From Squalus acanthias (Eukaryota), in NCBI GenBank assembly GCA_030390025.1, contig CM059431.1:131628001-131692000 (forward strand): a stretch of DNA of 64,000 nt, given 5' to 3'. Position 1 is the first letter of the stretch; every line of letters starts with the position of its first letter. This document shows positions 1 through 12,521 of this stretch, one piece after another. Position numbers and translations under genes: made by a program. The notes under the pieces are model-generated. The model saw only the letters and a list, made by a program, of their open reading frames with translations. It did not search any database and had not been told where the DNA came from.

Positions 1-84
1 TAAGCTGTCCATGCCCCCTCTCCATGATCAAGCTTCCTCTCCGTGCCTCCCTGGATGCCTCCGCTGCCCTTGTGATGGCACCTA

Positions 85-737
85 GGGGGAAAAATTCGGT
101 TGATTTGCGCCTCCCGGGGCGCAAAGCAACTAGTGCCCGGGCGCGGCACCGCTAACGCCTGAAATTCAGCGGGAGGTTAGCAGCGGCGATAACTGTTCAT
201 GCCATCGCCGTGCGCAGCGCCCCCTGACTTACCGCCGGACGCTATGTCCGATAGGGTCATGGGGGCCTACCTGTGGCTGAGGCGGCGCAAATTAAAGGGG
301 AGGTGCTGGGTGGCTATTTTTGTTGCTGGCTGCCTGCCAGCACCTGCCCCCGTTGCTGTCCCCGGCCTCATGTGAAGCCCCTCCCCCCCACGGGGTGCCG
401 GCTGCGCTCTGTGAGCCCAGCACTTCTCTTGAATGCTGGGCTCTTTTGCTGGCACTCCGATCCCTGCTGGCCCAGCTGGGCCCCGGGTTGCGTTGCACTA
501 GGCCCCTCCCCTTTAATAAGAGGCGGAAGTCCTGCAGTAGCGTGGTGTGACATGCGCTGCGGCACATAGCGCCACGATATTCACTCGCAGCGCCCAAAGA
601 TGGAGGCGGGGCGCTTCCAGTAGTGCCCCGCTTCCCTCTTTCGGCGCTACCAGTGAATTTCGGGTGTGGGGGCGCTAATTTTTTTGTGTCCCGGTGAAGT
701 TAGCGCCCCAAAGGGGGCGCGACCCAATTTTGCCCCC
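85..737. mobile_element. Harbinger/PIF-type MITE (GC-rich family A)
   Basis: Imperfect TIRs GGGGGAAAAATTCGGTTG ... CGACCCAATTTTGCCCCC, flanked by CTA on both sides (82-84, 738-740). Homologous copies in opposite orientation at 18414-19136 and 45307-45953. Confidence 0.8.
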
Positions 738-1009
738 CTACTGTTTTCACCAGTATCCCTACTCCTGCTCATGTGCCTGTCCCACCCTGTCTTTGATCCT
801 CTTGCTGGGCTAAGGCTGCAAACACAGCTTTGTCGTGTCTGGCAGTTTGTTTTGAAGCATCTCTTTTTTAAAAAAATATTAGTCCCTTTCCAAGGCCCCA
901 AAGCCACCAAGATGAGTCTGCAACTTATCCTTCTCCATTAACCTTGAAGGAACTCTTGATTATATAGAAGCCAGTTTTTTTTTTAGAACAAACAAAATTG
1001 CATTCCAGT

Positions 1010-1425
1010 CCCCTCTTCCCTTTCTGTCCCATCTGATTTTCCTCCCCCTCACTTTTTCCCCACCTCCCTCTGCCTCCTCTCTCCTTTGTTCCTCTCCCTT
1101 GTCCCTTTCCACCTATTCGTTCTCCTCCTTTTCCTATCCCCACTTTCCCTCCTGCCTCTCTTGCCTCTTCCCACTTCTTCCCTTTCCTCATCCCCACTCC
1201 CCTGTCCCCTTTTCCTCTTCCTCTCCACTTTTCCTCCTCTTCTTCCCCTCTTCCATCCCTATTCCCCTCCTCCATCCCTATTCCCCTCTTCCATCCCTAT
1301 TCCCCTCTTCCTCCTCCTCCCTTCCCCCTCTCTCCCCCTTCTTGCCTCCCCTCCTTTCCACTTCACTTCCACCTCCCTTTCCCCCCTCATCTCCCCAACC
1401 CCTTTTCCATCTCCCTTTTCCCAAG
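1010..1425. repeat. Polypyrimidine/polypurine low-complexity tract
   Basis: About 400 bp almost exclusively C/T on +, with CCATCCCTATTCCCCTC-like subrepeats. Confidence 0.9.
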
Positions 1426-2892
1426 CCAACCAGTAACTATATTTAGACTGTTTTTGTTGACAATCACATTAGTGTACCCCATATATTACAATATTATGGC
1501 TTTGCATTGCAAAACTGCTGTATCAGAAGGTCTTTATGCACTTAAGATTTCTTCTGTGTACTATGTCTTACAAAATTCTAAACCAATTGTGTGTAACTAG
1601 TTTATTCTTCATACTGATTAAAACCAACTACAGTCATGTAGTGTATATATGTACATAACCAAAAGTGCTAAATCTGCCTCCCCCACCCAGAGGACTCGTT
1701 TTCTTAAAACGACAGGTCATCCAATCAACTGAATAATGCCCTTCTTCAGATTTTCCCTGAATTGGTCCCTTTCCACATTTGATTTGGAGCTCACTTCTAA
1801 TAATCACTGACTCAAGATAAATAATACCACATGGAACTTTGATTAAAAGGAGCCACTATTGACATTCTAAGAACAAACTTCAGATCTGTTCTGCTTAGAC
1901 CCAGTTTGGTCAACTCACACCTATTACAGATACCGACACAAGTAATGTTAAACATTTAGCCAACAATTATTCAACAATTACTTTGCTACGAAGTGAAAAC
2001 CATTGCAGGTTTTTTCCTGCTCTGTGGGGAAATTAGTGGCTGTGTTGTGCAACCACAGTACAATCAAAATCTTGCATATTTCCCAGCATCAGATTACTTT
2101 CATTTCCAAGATACATCTAGAGTGCTCCAGTTGCTAACTGGGGACTAACAACAGCTTTAAACTTAATTGAAAGCATCTTTCAAACAGAATGGGACCACAG
2201 TTACTTCACATTTTTTCTTTTGAGAATCTTCTCCTGGGATGGTTCACAGATGGCCAAGAGGAGACATCTTACTATGGGAATGGAATGTACTGTATGTTAC
2301 AGAGACCCCAGAAGGAAATGAGTTGATATGTTTCAAGTTATGGTTACATTTTATATTCTATTCTGTGTTAAGAATCTTGCTGTCTTGAGTTTATGCCTAA
2401 CCGAGCCAACATTAATTGTTCTAAGTGATTGCAAATGTTGAACTTGAGTTTGGATACATGCTAATTAAAGAGGAGTTAGATGCTATTGTTTTGGAGAAAG
2501 GATTCAGTTAATGTTCAGTATCAGCTGACAGAAGTCAGGAATAAGCTATTGTGGAAGTTCAGCAGTTTTAACATTGTACTCATTGCTGCCTCACAATGAA
2601 ACATGTTCACCCAACCTGTCATGTAATTCTGGAGATACTGTTGCATTTTTTTAAACCAATTACACATTATTTCCAACTTTTCACCTTCATAAAGTACACT
2701 TTCATACCAGTTAGTGTCAATGAAACATAGGAGTGTTGAGCAGCCTTATGCCAGCAGTGATGTGGGGCTATATTAGACATACAAATAAGTTGTGGAGACA
2801 ATAGAAAAGCTATAGGGTAGAGATACCAGATGGAAAATATGGAACTCTATTTGCATGTTCAAATGGAATCACTTTACACTACACTGACTTCA

Positions 2893-4028
2893 TTGAAACC
2901 CGCTTCGGGAACCCGCTGTCAACCCGGTGCCACGCGCCTTTCCCAGATGTCGGGTCTGTCAGGGCTGAACAGACCTGACACGCAGCAGCGGGGGAGGCAA
3001 TTCAGGTCATTATGACCTTGTTAACAGCCCATTAAAAAGTATTTTGAGCTCACCTTACCAATTTACGAGGTCGCCCACGGGGTCCACGCTGCTTGGGGAT
3101 CACGTCAGGTAAGCAGGTTGGGACTTGTATGACCATGGAATCATCTCATTACTTGACAGCTACAAATGTGGTATAAAAGCTCCCATCTCAGAGCTGTTTA
3201 CTTTCCAAGCTCAGAAGCTGTTGTTTACTGCATTTGGAAGACAGATTGAGCTTTATGCAGCTTGCAAGTGTTTGGAGCAAACTCTCTATCCAGTGTCACC
3301 TCATTGGAACAACCTTTCTCACCATTGACAGATCGCTTCTGTCATCTCAACCTCACCTGCCATATATTCCATCAGCATCGTTGCCCTTGAAACTATCTCA
3401 CCTTGGTCCTCAGAATCCCACCATGATCAGCCCCAACACCAGCATCACCGGGCACACCAGCATCACCAACAATACCAACCTTCTCTGCAATCAACTGATG
3501 CTGCACAGAACAGAGGGCATCAGCACCCGACCACATTGCTGTTCAGGAGGCCAGGGATGGCCGCACCCTGGCCAGATTTACTTCACTCGACACTGTACAC
3601 CCTGGCTGCCACATGATGCGCCAGGTTGGCACCACCCCACAGCTGTGAGGCTGAGGCGGGAGGTCAGTGGCCATTGAATCAGCTGATGAGTTGACAGCTT
3701 CAGATGTCAATCAAAGCTCCCAGCTGATTGAGAAAGGTTCCCTTAACCACTAGCTTCTCTAAACTGCATTTCCACTACAGATTTGGAATACTGAAAGCAT
3801 ATGGAGGGAGTCATGGGAGAGCCTGGGTGCAGCCGTGCACCTCTGTGTAGTGCTTGTCAGTGTTTGCAGCACCTCAGTGATGTAGAACACTGACAGCACA
3901 ACTGTCAAAATCAATTTGCACATGGTCCCTTTAAGGAAACCGGCTGATGACGCTTCATCAAATGTCTCCTTGGCAGGATTCCAGGTGAGCAGGCAGTGTA
4001 TACAATATACTTGCCGCCTGGAACCCAT
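2893..4028 (+). mobile_element. Internally deleted non-autonomous Harbinger element (family B), termini lost
   Basis: Blocks nearly identical to 29120-29747 (CCTCAGAATCCCACCATGATCAGCCCC...) and to 8980-9140 and 10130-10300. Confidence 0.7.
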
Positions 4029-5075
4029 GCTGAGACTAGTAGCTACAGTATAAATGTAACCAAAGTTTCCCTGGCTAAAGCCTTTTATTGGTATCTTCAG
4101 TTGTTTGCTTAAAAAAAAATCATTTGTTTAAAAACAGTTTTTTGTTACTCTTTCTTCCACCTCTGTAAGTTACCTGAACTACCAATCATTCCCAAGCTGA
4201 GGAGTGGCAGCTGACCCAGGGTCCCAGGCATCTGTGAGTGTTGCTCCACTGGGAGGTGCATAAGAAGTGCCTGGTTTCACTCACACTCCAACGTTTGTTT
4301 CCTGCGCACAAAGCATTGTGCTGTTGCCTTGGCTTACAGCACTTAAACTGATCATATTGTACGAACTAACTTCCTCAAGCTTTTTAATGAGGAATGTATA
4401 AAAACGAGTTCAGCTGATCTTTGAAATAATACAACCATGACAATAGCAGCTATGCTATGTTTCCCAAATCTTAATGGTCATTTGTGATTGTAATTGGACG
4501 TGACTGCAATTTTCAGGTTTGCTCTGTGTAATAGTTTCTGTTCCATTTAGATTTTATGAAATTACAGATGTTTGAGGAATTGAGTCACCATTGACTGACT
4601 ATAACAGTTATAGGACCATATTTTTGGATTTTCAATGGTGTTGAAATAAGGTAGTGATTTGAATGTATGATTTTTGTCATTCATTCCCATCCTCACCCCA
4701 CCAACATACACCGATCTCGAAATGTTCCGACAATTGGGAGGTGCAACAGTTCCAAGCCACAGGCATGCACAGAATGCAACATTCCAACAATGTTGTTTTC
4801 ATTGGATAGCAGGCAAATTGGTTGAATTTTTTTCAAATCGGCAAACAGCTGAAAAAGTGTACCCACTACTAAGATAGCTTTTTATTTTGCATCAGTTCCG
4901 TAGACGTGTGATTATCTTTGCTATATATTTATAAAATATAAACATTAACATGTTTGCTTTCAGAATCTTACTGCCTAGTGGTTTAACCTGCCTGTACAGT
5001 TAATCCAATCCAGAGAAATGTTGATATTGTATTTGCTGTTAAGCTTCACCATGTGAGAAACTAGCGTTTAAAGTC

Positions 5076-6010
5076 CAATGACTTGGACTTGGGTGTACAG
5101 GGCACAATTTCAAAATGTGCAGATGACACAAAACTGCGAAGTATAGTGAACAGTGAGGAGGATAGTGATAGACAGGCTGGTGGAATGGGCGGACACGTGG
5201 CAAATGAAATTTAACGCAGAAAAATGTGAAGTGATACATTTTGGTAGGAAGAACAAGGAGAGGAAATATAACCTAAAGGGTATAATCCTAAAGGAGGTGC
5301 ATGAACAGAGAGACCTGTGGGTATATGTGCACAAATCGTTTAAGGTGGCAGGGCAGGTTGAGAAAGCGGTTAAAAAAAGCATATGGGATCCTGGGCTTCA
5401 TAAATAGAGGCATAGAGTACAAAAGCAAGGAAGTTATGATGAATCTGTATAAAACACTGGCTCAGCCTCAACTGGAGTATTGAGTCCAATTCTGGGCGCC
5501 GCACTGTAGGAAGGATGTGAAGGCCTTAGAGAGGGTGCAGAAAAGATTTACAAGAATGGCTCCAGGGATGAGGGACTTCAGTTACGTGGATAGACTAGAG
5601 AAGCTGGGGTTGTTCTCCTTAGAGCAGAGAAGGTTGAGTGGAGATTTGATGGAGGTGTTCAAAATCATGAGGGGTCTAGACAGAGTAGATAGAGAGAAAC
5701 TGGTCCCATTGGCGGAAGGGTCGAGACCCAGAGGACACAGATTTAAGGAGATTGGCAGAAGAACCAAAGGCGATATGAGGAAAAATGTTTTTACGCAGCG
5801 AGATGTTATGATTTGGAATTCACTGCCTGAAAGGGTGGTGGAGGCAGATTCAATCACTTTCAAAAGGGAATTGGATAAGTACTTGAAGGTAGAAAATTTG
5901 CAGGGCTATGGAGAAAGAGCAGGGGAGTGGGACTGGCTGAAGTGCTCTTGCAGAGAGCCGGGATGGGCCGAATGGCCTCCTTCTGTGCTTTAACTAGTCT
6001 ATGATTCTAA
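5076..6010 (+). mobile_element. 5'-truncated CR1 LINE (RT C-terminus and 3' UTR)
   Basis: ADDTK motif, ORF pieces EWADTWQMKFNAEKCEVIHFG and LEQRRLSGDLMEVFKIM, 3' end ...TCTATGATTCTA. Confidence 0.92.
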
Positions 6011-6447
6011 GAAATTAGGGCTGCTGCTTTTCTCTCCCGTGTCTCCATAATATATTTCTGTGAGGATTTTTACATAACAGATGGTGTGGTGGAGCACAAA
6101 TGTGCTGTGTCAGAGTGGTTAGATCTCTTTGCTGACTTGAGTTTCTATTCACAGCTCTGGTGCTGGCGGGAGGGAGATGCAGAAAAGAGGCCAATTCTGC
6201 CCTTCTCCCACTGTGGAGGGCGAGTCATTCCCAAGTTGCACTTGGCTAAGAGGACAGTGAGCATCTTATTCAACTACCCTTTCAGTTATCGGACCTGGAA
6301 AGATTTTAGGCATTGGGCAAAAAAAAGATTTTATATTTACAAGTAAATAAATCAATCAAGCACAAAATATGAACATACAACAACTGCTATAGTATTATGT
6401 GAGAAGTCGCACAACACCAGGTTATAATCCAACAGCTTTATTTGAAA

Positions 6448-6484
6448 TCACAAGCTTTCGGAGCGCTACTCCTTCATCAGGTGA
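6448..6484 (-). ncRNA. Minimal hammerhead ribozyme, inverted pLTR copy
   Basis: Reverse complement reads TCACCTGATGAAGGAGTAGCGCTCCGAAAGCTTGTGA (one G-U pair in stem II). Confidence 0.85.
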
Positions 6485-6509
6485 AGTGAAGGGATGCATA
6501 TAGGCACAG

Positions 6510-7593
6510 GATCTCCAACCAACGCTATACACCAGATACATTGACGACATTTTCTTCCTATGGACCCACGGCGAAGAATCACTGAAAAGACTACACACCA
6601 TCAAACTCACCATGGACTACTCCTCAGAATCGGTTTCATTCTTGGACACACGAATCTCCATCAAAGACGGACACCTCAGCACTTCACTCTACCGCAAGCA
6701 CACGGACAACCTCACGATGCTCCACTTCTCGAGCTTCCACCCTAACCACATTAAAGAAGCCATCCCCTATGGACAGGCCCTGCGAATACACAGGATCTGC
6801 TCAGACGAGGAGGAACGCGATGGACACCTACAGATGCTGAAAGACGCCCTCGTAAGAACGGGATATGACACTCGACTCGTGGATCGACAGTTCCGACGGG
6901 CCACAGCGAAACATCGCATAGACCTCCTCAGAAGACAAACACGGGACACTACCAACAGAGTACCCTACGTCGTCCAGTACTTCCCCGGAGCGGAGAAACT
7001 ACGCCATGTTCTTCGCAGCCTTCAACATGTCATCGATGACGACGAACACCTCGCTAAGGCCATCCCCACGCCTCCACTACTCGCCTTCAAACAGCCGCCT
7101 ACCCTCAAACAGACCATCGTTCGCAGCAAATTACCCAGCTTTCAGGAGAACAGCGACCATGACACCACACAACCCTGCCACGGCAACCTCTGCAAGACAT
7201 GCCAGATCATCAACAGAGATACCATCATCACACGTGAGGACACCACCCACCAGGTACATGGTACATACTCATGTGACTCTGCCAACGTTGTCTACCTCAT
7301 ACGTTGCAGGAAAGGATGCCCGGAGCATGGTACATCGGCGAGACCATGCATACACTGCGACAACGTATGAACGGACACCGCGCAAGAATCGCCAGGCAGG
7401 AATTTTCCTCCCAGTCGGGGAACACTTCAGCAGTAAAGGACATTCAGCCTCCGATCTTCGGGTAAGCGTTCTCCAAGGCGGCCTTCAAGACACACGACAA
7501 CGCAAAATCGTCAAGCAGAAACTGATAGCCAAGTTCTGCACCCATGAGGACGGCCTCAACCAGGATCTTGGGTTCATGTCACGCTACATGTAA
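6510..7593 (+). pseudogene. PLE RT-thumb/GIY-YIG endonuclease ORF remnant (frameshifted)
   Basis: RYIDDIFFLW upstream of ORF 6612..7370 (SVSFLDTRISIK, LYRKHTD, AIPYGQALRIHRICS); the C-terminus PVGEHFS...DGLNQDLGFMSRYM is in a second frame. Confidence 0.9.
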
Positions 7594-7893
7594 CCCCACC
7601 TGACGTAGAGTCATCCAGACTCGAGTCGTCATTGGCTTGCTGTGATTTCCAGAAAAAAAAAATTGTTTTCCATACAGACCCCAGCATCTGCCACATTTGA
7701 CCCCTTGTGACCCCACCTCATTGTCTTTGATGTAATGTTTTCCTGACTGACCTGTTTGGACACCATCCACACCTTTGATTGCCGTGATTATCTCTCTGCC
7801 GAGGTGTGATAAAGGGCAGTTAGAAAGATTAACTGTAATCATCTGGCAGTGTTCTCTGACTATATATGCTGTGCCTATATGCATCTCTTCACT

Positions 7894-7930
7894 TCACCTG
7901 ATGAAGGAGCAGCGCTCCGAAAGCTTGTGA
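7894..7930 (+). ncRNA. Minimal type I hammerhead ribozyme in PLE pLTR
   Basis: TCAC-CTGATGA-A-GGAGC(AGC)GCTCC-GAAA-GCTT-GTGA: stem I TCAC/GTGA, core CUGAUGA/GAAA, stem II GGAGC/GCTCC, palindromic AAGCTT stem III. Predicted cleavage after CUU (7926/7927). Confidence 0.9.
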
Positions 7931-8726
7931 TTTCAAATAAAGCTGTTGGACTATAACCTGGTGTTGTGCGACTTCTCACATTTGTCCACCCCAGTCCAAC
8001 ACCAGCATCTCCACATCATGGCTATAGTATTACATAGCAATGATGTTTTTGATATTTTCATTTTTTCCATTAAAAAAAAAATCACAATTTATCCCATATG
8101 CCTCTGGTTACAAGGCAGGATGGCACGAGTTCAGGGCTCTGCAATAGGGAGGAGGGCAGATTATAATATCAGTCCACTCAAATTAATATATTAGGGGAGA
8201 AATCCCCATTTTGGATGGAAAAAATTCAGCACCTTTAATGATCAAAAGCATTTCAAAATCCAATTTTAGTAGGGAAGTGTTTTTACTGTGAATATTTCAA
8301 ATGGGATAATTGTATTGATTAAGCTGACCAGTTTTAAAATATCTGGTTTTAGTAATCTTTAAAATGTGTATGTAAAGGATTTGCCTTAAGTTGACAAGAT
8401 CATGCATTACTAGGATAGTGGAAAAAACTTTTCCACAAAATTCAATAATGATAATGTTTAAGTTACAGATATCATATAACCAATGTTATTCTCACGTTGT
8501 AACATTTCACTTTTGGTAAAAATTAAAATAGGAGAGCCAAACATTTGAGCAACAGATGTGTTGTGGTTTGGTCTACAGTGGTGTTAAAATGGATGGAAAA
8601 TGGCAGATATCCTAGAATTGCAGTGTTAGATCTTATATGAAAACATTATGTTTTGAGAGGGTCTGCTTACTGTGCCAATAGAGGGTGTGACATTCAGAGG
8701 CTCCAGAAAATGCAGTGCAAGTCTAT

Positions 8727-10456
8727 GCTGGAATTTTCAGTGGATGGGATGGGTGGCGGGTCAGCTGTTAAATTGAAAATGATTGACAGTGGGTTGGGAA
8801 CCCACTGTCAAAACGCGCACACTGGACTTTCCCGATGTCGGGTCTGCCAGCGCTGAGCAGACCCGACAGGCATTGGCGGGGGAGACAATTAAAATAATTA
8901 CTGGCTTGTTTAGAGCCATTATGCTTTTTTCCCAGCTTTTTGAATTTGACAGGTCTCCCACCGGTTTCCCGCTGTGCCTAGACCTCGTCTGTGAAGCTGA
9001 GGCAGGAGGTCACTTGCCATTGTTTCAGCTGATGAGTTGACAGCTTCAAATGTCAAGTCAAAGCTCCCAGCTGATTGAGAAATGTTCCCTTAGCCACTAG
9101 CTTCTCTAAACTGCATTTCTACTACAGATTCAGAATACTGCAAGTCTTTACACAAGTTTCCATACAGTCTGACCTCATTACCTCTCCCACCATTGACAGA
9201 TCGCTATTGTCATCTCTACTTCACCTGCCATTTATTCCATCAGCACTCATTACTCTCTCACCTTGGTCCTCAGAATCCCACCATGATTAGCCCAAACATC
9301 AGCATCACCAGGAACTCCAGCAGCACCAGGCACACCAGCAGCACCAACAACAACACCAACCTTCTCTGCAATCACCTGATGCTGCACAGGACAGAGGGCC
9401 TTAGCACCTGACCACATTGCTGCCCGGGAGGCCAGGGATGGTCTCACCATAGCCAGATTTACTTCACTTGATGCTGTACACCCTGGCTGCACATGCGCCA
9501 GGTTGGCACCACCCCACACCAACACCATAAAGAATCCCTACAATGCCCAAGCCATTCCTTACACACTCATCATCATTATGTCTCACTATTCACTGCAACT
9601 CAGTAAGCCACTTCCAAAGGTGCACACAAATCTGTCCAAGAACGCAAAGTGTTGAAAATAAAGATTTCAATTTTTGACACCACATTAACAGAAACTTCAC
9701 ATGAACATTGGCTAAAACACACAAGTGCCTACCCTTGTGTGTTGTTAGTGGTATGCTTGCAGTAGGATGAGGGTGAGTGTGATGGGTGGCTCGTGAGATG
9801 GGGAAGTGGTAACGTAGTTCGAGAGGGATGGGTGGAGGTGCAAGGTAAGTTGGTGTGAGTAAGGATGTGCAGGAGTAGGGTAGGGAAGGCAGAGTGATGG
9901 GGATGTGATGAGTGGCACAGCAGGTTGAGGTTGAGTGTGGCTTTGTAGTAACGTTTCGTGATCTACTAAGATCATTGAAAGGTCTGCGCCACTGCAGCCT
10001 GGTCCTCCAGATGACATCCCTGCTTGTGTCCTCCTGTGCAATGTGCAACCAGGCTGCGTTGGTGTCCTGGGGAGGTCTCTTTCGGCCATTGGAAGGGAAG
10101 AGAACCTCCCTGAGTGCTGTGAGTCTCTCCATAAGCATATGGAGGGAGTCATAGGAGAGCCTTGGTGCAGCCGTGTACCTTTCTGCAGTGCTTGTCGGTG
10201 TTTGCAGCACCTCAATGCTGTAGAACACTGACAGCACAAATGTCAAAATAAATTTGCGCATGGTCCCTTTAAGGAAACCAGCTGATGACACGCCATCAAA
10301 TGACGTCATCAGACCCGCTCCCTTCAATTGTCTGGGGAACTCGCTGGGCGGACTTAACAAGCCCTATCAGGGGAAAGTCATTTCAGAGGCCGGGATGGAG
10401 ACGGGAGCGGGGCCGAGACCCGCCACCGACCTGCTGAGGTAGGGAAAATCACAGCC
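8727..10456 (+). mobile_element. Non-autonomous Harbinger element (family B) with convergent transposase-end and Myb-like remnants
   Basis: TIR-like GCTGGAATTTTC ... GAAAATCACAGCC flanked by TAT/TAT. Minus-strand Myb/SANT-like remnant (REVLFPSNGRKRPP...AAWLHIAQ...QWRRPFNDL) at ~9950-10190. Plus-strand AREARDGLTIARF resembles Harbinger transposase C-termini (weaker). Confidence 0.8.
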
Positions 10457-11729
10457 TATATCTTAGCTTCCGAGTTCTGAACATTGCAGCACATTCCATT
10501 CATGTATCTGACAACTCAGATAAATTTAGTTTTGAAGAGATCCTGTACTGTAATCTCAGAAGACTTCATTCTCCATTCATTCAGTTATAACTGTCTCTTG
10601 AATTTAAGGTAACCATTCTTTTTGCCCAGCGTCACCTTGGGAAAACATAAAGTTAATCAGATCCTGCTTGAATGTATGTCTGCAGATAACCACATCGTGT
10701 GCTGTACCTCTCCTTGTTATGTTGCAATATTGTGATATGGTACTGAATAATAGAATCACTTACATCCGTCTTTAAGGTAAACATGACTAGAATTCTATTG
10801 CCGTAGAGTGACTGGAGTGTGAACAGCAGATATCCTCTTAAAACAAGTTCTATGCTTTCTTCACCCACCTATCAGAAGCTGCTTTTTTTGACAACACAGA
10901 TCACCTGATAGTTTAGTTTTATTTTACCATCCATTGGCTTCTGTAAAGATTGCTATCTCTTCACTGTGCTGCAAAGGCTCTTACAATATCCAGTCGGTGT
11001 GGACCACGTTCTCAGCCTAAAATGAGGTTCTGACATACCAGATCCAGCCTACAGAATGCTATTTACAATATTATTCAGATTGGATTTACAGGGTTGAGTG
11101 CTGTAAGTAAATAGATGAACAGTTGGGCTAGAGTCTGTAACACAATCAAAGGGTTCAGATAATGTCATGAGCTGCATAGTCAATCTATTCACGCAGTCAT
11201 CCGAATCTAGAAATAGTGCTACAACATTTAACTTACTGCATCCCCACAGAATCTTTAATTTGCTCACTTGCAATTGGTTGTTGCTGCCGTTTTGAAGTCT
11301 GCTATTAACCATCAGAACTGAAGAGTCCATTGTGATAGATCTTTTTGGGTGATTAACAGGTCAGTCAGTTTTATAACCATGGCAGGAAGAAGGGTCAAAT
11401 GTTCTCAGCTGCATCAAATCATGTGGCAAGAAAACCCCCAGTGACATGGGAGAATAGTTTAGAATGTGATATTGAAAGATGATATGTCCTGCATTTATAA
11501 TTAACTGATGGTACTAATGAATGTTATTCTTTGAAAGAGTAATCTGTCTTGTACATCATAGATATAACTCAACCCCACCCAAATACTGGAACTGATAATA
11601 TTCTTATTGAATCCTGCACCATTGTTTTATTTATCCACCTTACCCCATGTTTCAGGAGTTTTAAACACAAAGATGAAAGGTGGTTAAGCTGCTAATGGAC
11701 TAGGCATTGAATTTGTTTCCCCAAAGACT

Positions 11730-12272
11730 CTTACAGTTATATAAAGATCTGATTAGACCCCATTTAGAGTACTGCATTCAGTTCTGGGCAACGCATCTCA
11801 GGAAGGATATACTGGCCTTGGAGGGGGTGCAATGCAGATTCATTAGAAAGACACCAGGGCTAAAAGGGTTGAATTATGAGAACAGGTTGCATAGACTAGG
11901 CTTGTATTCCCTTGAGTATAGAAGATTAAGGGGTGATACAATTGAGGTGTTTAAGATGAGTAAAGGAGTTGTTAGGGTAAATAGAGAGAAACTGTTTCCT
12001 CTGGTAGCAGAGTCCAGGACAGCGGGGTGCATAACCTTAAAATTAGAGTAGGTAGGCTGTTCAGGGGTGATGTCAGAAAGCACTTCTTCACACAAAAGGT
12101 AGTGTAAATCTGGAACTCTCCCCCCAAAAAGCTGTTAAGGCTAGGTCAATTGAAAATTTTAAAACTGAGATTGGTAGGTTTTTGTTAGGCAAGGGTATTA
12201 CGGATCTAATTGAATGGCAGAACAGACTGGAGGGGCTGAATGGCCTACCTCTGTACCTAACGTTCCTATGTA
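11730..12272 (+). mobile_element. CR1 LINE 3' fragment
   Basis: LYKDLIRPHLEYCIQFW...LYSLEYRRLRGD and a CR1-type 3' UTR GGGGCTGAATGGCCTACCTCTGTACCT. Confidence 0.9.
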
Positions 12273-12521
12273 AACAATAAGCAATTTGTTGGCCTGCGTC
12301 AGTAATCAATAAAGACCTCACACCCATTGTGTTGGGAGATGCCTGAACTCAGATGCTCAGCATAGGTTGTTTGGAAGTGGCCTTCCCCTCTGATTGTGAA
12401 TGGATGGAGATAAAATTAGAGACAGCAAGACTTGTAGTAAGGTTTTTAAACAGAGAGCTGTGAGGGCAAGCCTTTACTAGACTCAGAAGGTTAGAATGCA
12501 GGAGAGAAGTTAGAAGTTAAT

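Larger units (their letters stand above)
6398..8022 (+). mobile_element. Penelope-like retroelement (probably Neptune group), 5'-truncated, with inverted 5' pLTR segment
   Basis: RT YIDD motif (6537-6548), Cys-rich linker PCHGNLCKTC, GIY-YIG endonuclease (NVVYLIRC...WYIGET across a frameshift). 6398-6509 is an inverted copy of ~7869-7980. TSD (GC)TATAGTATTA at 6386-6397 and 8021-8032. Confidence 0.93.

Noticed and set aside
267..941. Overlapping ORFs in GC-rich sequence (also 18403-19040 and 45318-45874)
   Set aside because: They lie within non-coding MITEs, have no domain motifs, and are not conserved between copies.
925..1446. Three ~116-aa ORFs
   Set aside because: Artefacts of the C/T low-complexity tract.
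11049..11330. 93-aa minus-strand ORF as a host exon
   Set aside because: No recognisable domain or convincing splice signals.
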